Positions 46,860 to 57,263 of a stretch of DNA of 57,263 bases are shown in pieces (positions within the stretch are counted from its first letter, which is position 1; each line of letters begins with the position of its first letter). The notes under the pieces are model-generated. The model made no database searches. It was given only the letters and a program-made list of their open reading frames with translations, and was not told the DNA's origin. The stretch is taken from contig CAUYUJ010000039.1 of the NCBI GenBank assembly GCA_963575745.1, positions 62,001-119,263 on the forward strand, in the 5' to 3' direction. Origin of the DNA: Prorocentrum cordatum (Eukaryota). The translations under genes and the position numbers were made by a program.

Positions 46860-49800
46860 ATCCGGCCCCCGTGCCTGGGTTGTGGATTGGAGGCCTCTTG
46901 GATGCTCGTTTGGATATCGAGGGAGGCCTTTCGGGGGCCTCTTGGATGCGATTTTGAGGCCATTTGGAGGCGGCTTTGGGGCTCTTGGGAGTCCTGTTGG
47001 GCCGGGCCTCGTGGAGTCTTGTGGGACCTCTAGGAGGCCTCTTGGGCTCTCTTGGGGGCCTCTTGGGGCCTTTGGGGGGCTTCTTGGGGCGGAATGCTCG
47101 AATTGTCGGTTCCGTCTTGGAGCGGACTTGGGGATTTCTGGGGCCATTTTGGGGCGTCGGATGCCCGAAAACACGAGAACGCGAAATCATCGAACAGCAC
47201 AAGGATCATCAAGGATTGTTACCTCTTTGGGCCCTCTTGGGGGTCATCTTGGACGGCTCTTGGGGCTTCTTCGGGGCTTATTGGGCCGTTTGGGGGCAAT
47301 CTTGGGCGTCTTGGAGCGCTTTTGGGCCGTCTTGGAGGAGGCCTCTTGGAGCCTCCAGGGCGCTTTCTGGGGCCCCCTTGGCCCGCTCTGGGACCCCCTG
47401 GCCCTTGGGAAAAAGCCACCCGAGGCAGCCCTGGGAGCGCGCGGGAGCGCCCAGAACATCCGAGAGTCCTGGGCCCCAGCCCCTGCGATACTAGCATCCC
47501 CCAGTCCTGAGCACAGAGCGAGGGACATGCCCGACGTAGGCCTACGCGCGTCCGAGCTGCGCTCCGCGCCGGTGCCGCCGCCTCGACGCGGGAGGGCGCC
47601 GCCGTGTGCCTGCCCGTCCGTCGAGGCAGAGGGCACATGAGAGCTCGGAGGCAGCTCCGCGTCGTGCCTCGAGGCACGAAGCGGCAGCTGCGGCGTTCGC
47701 ACTTACGGGGGCAGGCACCGGGTGCGAACGCAGACGCCAAGTGCGCGACGTTGGCGAGGCGCGCCACGCGTACTGAGCGCGGAGGAGGAGGGAGGAGAAG
47801 GAGAGAAATGAGGAGGAGGAAGAGGAGGCGAAGGAGGAGGAGGAGGAGGAAGAGGAGGAGGGACAGAGGGGGAAGCGGAGGAGCAGGAGGAGGAGGAGGA
47901 GGAGGAGACTCATCGCGGATTTTGTTGGACGACATCTGGCGCGCCCGGGCCCCAGGGGGCCAAGCGTGCCCAGGCGCGCTCAGTGCGCTGGATGCGCCGC
48001 GTGCTTCGCGTGCGCCAGGTGTGCCACGTGCGGCAGCCGCGCTCAGAGTGCGCGGTGCGCTCAGAGTGTGCTATGGCAGTTGCTTGGCATCGCTCGGACG
48101 TGTGCATTTTTCTCTCGGCGAGGACCATCGAGGAGCATCCTTGATCATCTGGCGAAAAAGCCACGCACGAAACCGACAAAAAACACGGAGAATGGACGTC
48201 CGAGTGATGGCCAGGTTGCGCCAGCGCACGTGACAGCACACATCAGGAAACACGTCTACCCTCCCGGAGCAGCCGTTCAGTGCGGCGGGCTATCGCAGCG
48301 GTGCGTCATGTTTTGCGCGCGCGGTCTCATCCGGGCGTGCGGGCCACCGCTGTGCGCTGGGCCTCCAGCCCGTCCCGCCTCCGCCCGCGGTTTCTGCCCG
48401 CGGAGGTGCGATTGTCCCCGCAGCGGTGCACTGGCAGCGTTCTGACCCGCGTCCTTGCAGGGCCTTCGCGAACGACGGAGCACGGTCGGGTTTCGGTGAA
48501 AGCGATCCGCGCATCGACGTCGGCGCGAGCCTCACAGTTGGCACGAGTGCGCCGAAAAACATTATCACTGGAGGGGTAACCACCCCACATGATCTTCATC
48601 TCTGAGCTTTCCATTGCCGGGGCCTCTGTATGAGTACTGAATGAGGTCTTGGTTTCTCTGCGAAGGGACTCATGCTTTTCATGCAAGGTCCCTCTCGTGG
48701 CCATGGTTCGAGTGAGCGACAGAAGACAACAGGGTCCATTGCGCCGACATCCGCGCGTAAGTTCGCGCGTGAGATCCTCGCCTCCACTGTGGCGTGCCGC
48801 GCCGGCGGCCCGCGTGAGCCGCCAGTCACTGCGTCATCTCGTGTACGACCAATTCCTTTGTCGTCGCCCACTTGTACATTCACCAACAGAGCTCTCATTC
48901 TACCCTCATGAGGACGCGTGGATTCGACATGTCTTGGGCAAAGCGGCTCAAACAGCATTGTTTTGGATTGTTTTCCTTGTCTTCCTAGTTTTAACCAGCA
49001 TGATGTGCTGCCAGTGTTTCGACACTCTTAGGGCAGATACCAACAACAACATGCTGCCCTCAGGCGGTTGTGATGGACCGCGGGCGCATCGCCGAGAAGG
49101 GCTCCGTGCGGGAGTTGGCGCAGGCCGCGCCGGGGCAGCGCGCGGGCAGGGCGGAGAGCGGAGTCGCGAGATGGGCAGTCTTGGGCCAGCGCACAGTCAA
49201 CCCGCACAGCAAGGATGGGCAGCCTTCCAAAGGGTAGCCTTGCATTCTTTCTTCCTGGGTCCATCCTTGGCTACTTTCGTTTGCCGTGCCTCGCTCGAAA
49301 AGGTTCAACGTGGGCGGCTTCCAAGGCCCTGGCATCCTCATCGCGCATCTTTCTGGTACGGGCCGACTGTACTGTGGGATGACGGTCCAGAAGAGCCCGC
49401 GGGGCCTTCGGTAGCAAGCTATGGGATCCTTGTGTACCGTCTTCGTTCCGCCTTTAGCGTCGATTAGTGTCGAGTAGCGTCTGGTAATCAACGAGATAGC
49501 GTCGGCTAGCGTCGATCAGCGCCGATCAGCGCCGATCACCCGCGAACAGCATCGATCAGCGCCGATCACCGTCGGCCGACAAGATGGCCGGGGAGGCTCC
49601 CACGAGTTGCCACCGAGAGCGCTCGGGGCGAAGATGGGCACACACTGGCTTCCAGTCCCGCTCGTGGGCCGAGGGATGGCGGCCTCGGGAGAGCGAGCCT
49701 CCCGCTTGCAGGCGGGAGGCGTGGTGGCCTCAGGAGCGCGCCTGCACTGCTCAGGCAGTGGCGAAGCGTCCTAGCTCGCCTATAGCCCCACCAAAGAATC

Positions 49801-51367
49801 TTCTAAGAACCTCTCGTGGCTTGCGCGAAATGTTCTCAGACCATTTCTGGCTGGGGCTGTTTTGCTTTAACACGTCGGGTTTATGTTCTAGGAACGTTGT
49901 TTTTGTTCTTAGAACATTTTTGCGTTCTAAGAACATTTCGTGGTAGGACTACAGAAATTCTGGGACGGTCGGTCCCTGCTCAAACTGCAGCTTTCGAGGA
50001 TTCGCGGGTTCGGGAGGGGCGCCCCCCTGGCTGTTCCTCGAGGGTTCGCCAAAGAGCCGACCTCTCAGGAAACGACGGGGGAAGCGGGAGGGTGGCGCGA
50101 AACGGCGCCCCCCGAAGATTCACGGCATCCTCGTCCAGACAATTGCGTTCGAATTGTTCATGTTCTGCTCTGGGAAGGAGGTTGGCGCTTTGGGGCTGCC
50201 TCCGTGGGGTGCCTTCGCGGCTTCGGCGCAGGAGCGGCAAGGTGAGTCGAGGGAGGAAAAAAGAACACCTCGACCACCGCAGTTGGCATGTATTGAAGTG
50301 TGTCATGGGCGTTTACGAGACAGCCCTGCCCTGTTCGATCTTTTCCTGTGGTGCGTTTGCAAAGCGGTTTCTCTTACTGGGGTTTTGCTTGTGAGGGTGT
50401 TTGATCTGCCCGCTACCGTGGTGATAGATCCGACCCCGAACCCAACCTCCGGGTTGGTTTTGGAGGTCGCCGCGGGGATCGTGGCGGCCACAATCGGGAC
50501 GAGTTCTTTGTCAAGGAATTGCAGCCCCACCCCCGCTCTGCCATGTAGACGCGTCCTGTGCCGACAATGTAGCGACAGAGAGCTGGTGCCGTCCTTCTCG
50601 TTTGCGCCACACGGGCTCTGTACTGTAGCTGTGGTCATGGCTTACACGGGGTCGTTCAGCCCCGTTGCGTCACGGGGGCAACAGGGAGTCCCACCGGCCC
50701 CGCTGGGCTACCGGGGGCTCTCCCAGAGGGTTCCCGAGAGGCGTCTCCCACCGCCGTTCCCGCTAACACTGGTGTGTGACTGCCGGCATGTGGCAACGCC
50801 GCAAAGTGGACGCGGCCAGCTGTCAATTGACGTCCCACATGGGCAGCCGTGTGTTTTGATCAGGGTTCGCCTGTAGTCGGGCCAGGGTATGAGATCGAGG
50901 TCGGCTCGGGGAGGGCAACCTCGTGTTCTTCGTGTCAGTTGGATGCTCCTGTGCATCCTGGGGAGGGTACCTTTGGATGTGCTGTGTGCTTTGGCCGGCG
51001 GAGAGTCTCATGCTCCTGTTCGGGTGCAACTCCTGGGAGGTCAAATTCTGATTTTGCCCTGGTCCGAAATCCGGCTGCATCCGGCTGATAATCCCGCTGA
51101 CTCCCGCTTAATCCGACGTAATCCCGCTTAATACGGCTTCATCCCGCTGAATCCGAGGCCCACTCCGGCGTAATAGCTCCCAAATGGGGCCTAATCACCC
51201 TTGATCTTGCCGACGAACACCTCCCAGGAGTGGCCTCCTACTTTTGCAGGAGGCTTCTTCAGGCCCTGGTCCGACGGTGCCACGCAGGCTTCTCCCGCGA
51301 GCCGGCACGGAGCGGGGAGGCCCTCGGCCCCCCCATCCTTGATTTTTCCGACGAAGACCTCCCAGTA

Positions 51368-51529
51368 CAGTGCCGTTTTTTTATACATGCTCCGCGTGCG
51401 GATCATGTATCAAACATGCAGGGATTTAGCATTAACAACTACGATGAGTTCATGCATGAGTTGTTTCTTAAATGAATCAGTATTGAAAATCCTATATCAA
51501 AATTATCCTATGTATTAAAAACTGCCCTG
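51368..51529. mobile_element. Tc1/mariner-type MITE (family A), copy 2
   Basis: CCTCCCAG-TA[element]TA-GTTGCCTCC. The empty site CCTCCCAGTAGTTGCCTCC is present in the adjacent duplicate at ~51663-51681. Confidence 0.9.
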
Positions 51530-52332
51530 TAGTTGCCTCCGAGCTCTTGCAGGGCGTTTTGCCGGGCCCAGGCCCGACGGTGCCGCGCAGACGCTCCCAC
51601 GAGCCGGCACGGAGCGGGGAGGCCCTCGGCCCCCCCCATCCTAAAAATTTTGCCGACGAAGACCTCCCAGTAGTTGCCTCCTATAGCGGATTTCTCGGAT
51701 CGGCGCTGGACCCCCCTCCCTGGCGCGCGGAGCGCGCCAGGGGCGGCGCCGGAGGCGCCGCTGGGGGCCAAGTGGCGTCGCTCGGTTACGCGGGGGCCCG
51801 TGACCAGCGCCCGAGTCCAACGGTCACCCGCTTTGGGGAGCAGGCAATGGCATAGACATGATCTTTCGGAACTCCGCGCGGATTTCTGGGGTCGGCGCTG
51901 GGCCCTCCTGGCGGCGCCTCCGGCGCCCCCCCTGGTGCGCCTGCGGGTGCCAATCAAAGGTGGGATTGTGACATTGGTTCCAGTTGATGTGCCTCTCAGT
52001 GGCCACGACTACGAGTTACGATAATCATTCCACCACGAGCTGCGGAAGGTTATTCGGTTTACAACTGTACATAGCACAACAAGGGACAAGGCGTTGGGGA
52101 AGAGATGATTGCTGGGGGCATGTTTTTGGTACCGATCCGCAGAAGTCGTATTGCGATCCCGACGCACAGCATATTGTTTAATCTATATATTTGCACATGT
52201 ATATATACATCACATGGATGGCACAGACGTCAAATCGCCAACTGCGTTGGGAGACTTGTGTGGCGTACGATTAGGTAACTGCGAACACTTCCCATTACCA
52301 TCCCGATTCAATGAAATTCTAGACGCATCGCG

Positions 52333-53321
52333 TATCCCCACTAGCGGCTATCGGCTGCGCCTCCCCCCCTCCTCCTCCACGCTCACTGATGTGGTGTACC
52401 ACGCCACTCGGCTTCCCCCCATCGTGGCAACGTTCACGTGCATGCTCCGAGGTGGTCACTCCTATCCCGCGGCGGGGTGCGACCACCCGCTGGCTCCGGT
52501 GGGTGGGCCTGGGGAGGCCGGATTCCTGTTCAAGTGGTCCATCCTTTGGCAGGACTGAGCCTTCACATGGCAGGCCCGTCCCTCCGGCCCCCCGCTTCGC
52601 TTGTGGCATCGCCCCCTTCCTCTGGACGGACATGTTGCTCGCGTACGCCAACGACGCCAACGACCGTTTCCACGGTGCACGGCGCACGTGGCCCACGACA
52701 GCCCAGCGGTTCTCCCACGGGCAGGTCCGCAGGCCTCCCGCTGGGTGGTGCAGCCGTGGTACCACGCAGCGTGCCCCCCATCCACTGTGGCAAAGAAGTT
52801 GCAGGTTGGGTCTCTCGCGACTAGGCTGCCGACGCCTGTCATGGTTCGGCGCACCGTCTTCGAGCACTTTAGGTGCTCTGTGAGTGAGGCTTCCGTCCTT
52901 TCCCCTCCCCTCGTCGCCTCCTGCGCCTGTCCCCCCTTCTGTCCTCCTCGCCGCGTTTGGCGGTGCCTTTCCTCGGGCTCTGTGCCGCCCGCACAGCGTT
53001 CCCGCCTTCTCGCAGGCTTGGTCTGTGGGGGCTGGCGCCACAGTGCGACCCTCCGCCGGCTTTTCCAGTCTGCTGCCGTCTTCCGCTCCCGGGTCGGCTC
53101 TAATGAGGTTCATTTTGTCCCTCGCACGTGCATTGCGGCGTTGGCCTATGTGCCGTCGTTGCCAATCGTCTCGCGTTGCGCCCCTGTCGAGATTGACCCG
53201 CTCTCTGGAGCCGTCCTCGGAGCCGCAGATCAAAAAGGTATCCCCACTAGCTCCCGGACACGCTTGTTTCCGCCAGACCGTAGTCGCGCGACCGCCGACC
53301 AAAAAACATATCCCCACTAGC
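52333..53321 (+). mobile_element. Two stacked insertions bounded by the 13-bp duplication TATCCCCACTAGC (retroposon-like)
   Basis: The 13-mer occurs at 52333, 53239 and 53309; the last two follow short A tracts. An uninterrupted homologous site lies at 43568-43626. Confidence 0.6.
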
Positions 53322-55170
53322 CCATTCAGAAACGATGCGCAGGCGAGTTGAGGCGATCACGAAAGCGCGGGAGCAAAGAGGGGGACGGCCGAGCCGCGCG
53401 AAGGAGGGATGAGGAGAAATCAGAGGCTGAATGGATGGATGAGAGAGTGGAGAGAAGGAAGACGAATATAGTGATGAGGAGGAGGAGGAGGAGGAGGAGG
53501 AGGAGGAGAAGGAGGAGGAAGAGGAGGAAGGGAAGTAGCAGGAGGAGGAAGGAGGAGCAGGAGGAGGAGGGCAAGCAAAATGGCCATAGGGCTCTTGGAT
53601 GCCTCTCAGAGCATCTTTGGATATCACTTGGGCGCTTCTTAAAAACCTCTTGGGACGTTTTGGGGGTCTCTTGACGGTCCTGGGGGGGGCTCTTGGGCGT
53701 CTTGGGTGCCTGGGGGGGGCTTTTTGGGGGCCTCTTGGGGGCCTCTTGGGGTCCTCTTGGAGGCCTCTTGGGCGCCTCTTGGGGCCGTATGGGCGCCTCT
53801 TGGGGCCCTCTTGGGGCGCGCTTGGGAGCCTTGGACACGCTCTTGGGGCCATCTTGGAGGACGTCGATCAAAAAAGGAGGGTTCCTCGATTAGCACTGCC
53901 CTTCGGGAGCCCCAATACTCGCCTCTTGGGGTGCTCTTGGAGCGTTCTTGGAGCGCTCTTGGGCGCTCTTGGGCGCTCTTGAGACTCTCTTGGGCCCCTC
54001 CTGGGGCCCCAGCGGAAGCGCGAACAGGCGAGAAAACACAATTCATTGGTCTTCGCTAGGTGTTCGAAGGATTTTGGCCTCTTTGGAGGCCTCCTTGGAT
54101 GTCTCGGATACCTCTTGGAGCCGTTTTGGAACCTTTTTGGATCCACGTGGAGCATCTCGAACGCTATTTTGAGGCATCTCGGGCTATTTTGAGCCATCTT
54201 GGAGGTCATCTTGGGCTTTCAGAGGCCCTCCTAGAGCAGTCTTGGGCCATCGTGGACGCTCTGACCGCTCGCGACCGCCCCCGTCCAGGTCCAGAGGAGG
54301 GGGTGAGGGGAAGGGGTAAACCCTTCCCCGAAAGGGGTTGGAAGAGGAAACAATCTAGACCACCTACTCCCTGAAGGGCTGGTGGGAATCACGTGCTGAC
54401 ATCAACCCAACCGACGGTAATCTCGACTCCACAGTTTGCTCAAAGGGATCATGTGCTACGTCACCAAAGCATACTCGGCACGAAATCTGATAGTTGGAAC
54501 AGCCGCGCAGACGCGCTCAACTGCAGACATGTTACTCTTGTCGTTAAGCTCGGAGCATCGAGATCGGAACGCTGCAAGCACAGCACGTAATGACATGTTA
54601 TGTTGACAACATACAGTGGGCATACAGAGAAGGCTCTGGGTCATGGGTTATGGGTTAGAGGCTTCTTGTATGTGTATCGGGATGTCGCGGCACGCCTTTC
54701 GGGGGCGTTTGGGATGCAGTTTTGAAGCCATTTGGGGGGCCGTTTCGGAGCTTTGGGGGGCTTCTGGGGGGCGTCTTGGGTGTTCCTTGGGGCGTCTTGG
54801 GGGCCCCAGAGACACGACCAAATCAGCATGCGCACCTGGGCGGCACACTGGTTGTCAACGCCGGCGCGTTCACGGTGGCCCTCCCCGGGGCGCGCCCCGC
54901 GGAGGCCGGCACGGAGAGAGTTTCTTAGTCGTTGCGAGCGTGTTTGTCACACACTCGCACACACACAAACAAACAAGCACACACACACACATTTTATCCA
55001 TCCTTTCTCGAGGCGGCCCCACAGTCCCTGGCATCGCTCGGACGTGTGCATTTTTCCTCCGGCGAGGACCATCGAGGAGCATCCTTGATCACTCGGCGGA
55101 AAACCACGCACGAAACCGAAACAAGCACAGGGAGTGGACGTCCGAGCGACGGCGAGAGTCGCGATCAAGT

Positions 55171-55673
55171 TAACTGAGGCGGGCAGCGCCAGAGTGAATT
55201 GCCAGCCCGCGTTGAGAGCAGTGCTCGAGTAAGTGACGAGGCGAGGCGTGCATGACACAGAGGGCGGGAAGCGCGCGCAGGGCGCCGTGCAGAGGGAGCA
55301 AAGCAGATCTGCAATCGATCGAGGCCCACCGTGCAAGACAAAAGGTACCAGCCTCGAACGTATCCCTATCCCTGAGATCGACACGCCAAAAGGCGATGTC
55401 AATCTCAGGGATCCGCCCTCAAAAAATAGGGGAATCCCTAAGATTGGTATCGTGATGAGGAGTTGCCCAGCATAGGGGTAGGGATATGTTCCAGGCTGGT
55501 AATAACTGAGGCGGGCAGCGCTAGAGTGAATTGCCAGCCCGCGTTGAGAGCAGTGCTCGAGTAAGTGACGAGGCGAGGCGTGCAGGACACAGAGGGCGGG
55601 AAGCGCGCGCAGGGCGCCGTGCAGAGGGAGCAAAGCAGATCTGCAATCGATCGAGGCTCAACGTGCAAGACAA
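55171..55673 (+). repeat. ~171-bp direct duplication (55171-55341, 55503-55673) around a MITE
   Basis: TAACTGAGGCGGGCAGCG...GTGCAAGACAA occurs twice. Confidence 0.9.
55348..55499 (-). mobile_element. 152-bp MITE (family B), copy 2
   Basis: Reverse-complement homologue of 28848-28999, with TA on both sides. Confidence 0.85.
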
Positions 55674-57263
55674 TAGATGCGAGGGCTCTAGAAAGCCTCC
55701 CATAGGGTCCGTTCGAAGAATTACGCGGTCGAAAACGCGAGAGACGCAGATGCTTGGGTGTGTCGGCCACAGGACTGGACACACGCACACACAGACGCAC
55801 ACTCGCGCGCGCACGTACTCTTTGCTTCTCCAGTGATGTGACCCACAGTCGCGTCTGAAACGAACGGGCAGAGTACGCCAAATTGTATTCGAACTCATGT
55901 CGAGCGCGCTCCTGGCGGCGCTGCGGTATCCTGGGTTTGGGGGCAGGTTGATTCGAGCAACACGAAAACAAATACACACTCATTCCTCCCTCTCACGCGC
56001 TGCCGGGAAGACACGGTGGGTCGTGGTTGACCGATCCACGCGGTGTCAGATACCATCGTCGACCTCATTTCGATGAGAACACGGCGGGTTCTCGTTTCGG
56101 CCAGCAAGATTTCAGTGTGAGAGGGTGTAGCAAGAAAGAGTTTGTTTGATTTGAGGCGCGTTTGCCACTTTTTGTGGTTGTTGTCGCCGCTCTACCTTCT
56201 GCCTCCTGTGTTTCTTCTCGTTCGAAGCATTGAGTCGTATCCACGGGAAGTGGTGCAAAGCGTATCAGACGCCGATTTATGGCTTGTATGTGGTCTGTTT
56301 GTTTGTCAGCTTGCCTGTCTTCTCGTTTGATCGCTGGCGTTCGTTAGTATTAGTTCGACTCCACAGGGTACAGCAACCTTGTTCTAGCATCCTCGCTCTG
56401 ACTTTCCAGTATCTGCTGCGCAGTTCTCCTCGCTGCCCTGAAGGTGAAGGGTGGACGGTTCGCCAAGATGTTGGCGGCCAAGGGGCTTTCGGTGCCCGAT
56501 CCAGTATTGCCCGCTCCAGCTGTATGAGGCCACTTGCCTGCGGCGAAGTGACAGTGTCAGTTTTGAGAGGAAGAGGGGGGGGGAGGGCAGCATCAGTGGT
56601 AAGGAAGGGGAAGCAACCAGTGAAAGAAAAGCCTTGTAGAAGCTAGGGCGACCGAAAGGATGGGGGAGGGGAGGCAGCAATCCAATCGAGCATATTGTCA
56701 TGCTCGTATTGGGTATCGCTATCATGGCCCCTGCTTGCGACGTTGACGACGGGCTGGCTGTTGCTGGTCTCACAACAGCATGCTCATGAGTTGCAGATGT
56801 GCCAACTGATGAGATCTCCTGCGCTTTGGCGAACTTCCTTAGGCAGTCGTGCGATACGGAAAGCTCATTCCCGAGCGTCCCGTAGCAATACAAATATTCT
56901 TGGGCAGTCTTGAACGGCAGCGGTGCCAGATACATTATTTGTGCTCGTTTGTTCTTAGACATCTCTGAGCTGACCGTACCAGATTTCTTCGTAGATAGCC
57001 TTCGCATGAGAGGACTGCGATGGGAATCCAATGGTGCTCCACACTCAGACCCTGAGTCCGTCGATCCAGGTCTTTGGGTTTCGGGGCCAGGAGTTTGCAG
57101 AGCCCGGGTATCGTGTCAGAGCGGTTTGGGTCACGCCTTCGTCTTGCGTGCGATCGAACGGGGCTGGCGGTGTGAAGAGGGGGATCGGAGAGGAAAGGGA
57201 GAAAAGAGGAGAGAGGACCAGGGACGGCGGAGGGAGGCGCAGGCAAGGAAGGCAGAGGGAGGA

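Noticed and set aside
56384..57031. 215-aa minus-strand ORF
   Set aside because: No recognisable motif, so it cannot be supported as a gene.

Overview
GC-rich, repeat-dense eukaryotic genomic DNA, most likely from a dinoflagellate. Support: a spliced-leader relic (TTGGCTCAAG) just upstream of an intronless gene, micro-exons with GC donors, and direct repeats at intron junctions. Host genes are three small exons of an ABCC-type ABC transporter nucleotide-binding domain (1715-10586) and an intronless EEP-family phosphodiesterase (4038-5210) nested in one of its introns. The centrepiece is 13212-28116: exactly two head-to-tail copies of a ~7.2-kb unit, bracketed by two apparently identical 221-bp TIR elements. 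Each unit carries an intron-containing IS630/Tc1/mariner transposase with a DD35D triad, a ~230-bp nested palindrome of 11-bp iterons around an AT-rich hairpin (origin-like), and a CRESS-virus-like HUH + SF3-helicase Rep, with no recognisable capsid gene. This looks like a capsid-less rolling-circle replicon coupled to a DDD transposase and integrated as a dimer; that interpretation is inference. The rest is MITEs (several with TA target duplications), a 5'-truncated LINE, serial insertions into one target site, satellites and microsatellites. All calls come from reading the sequence; no searches were run.
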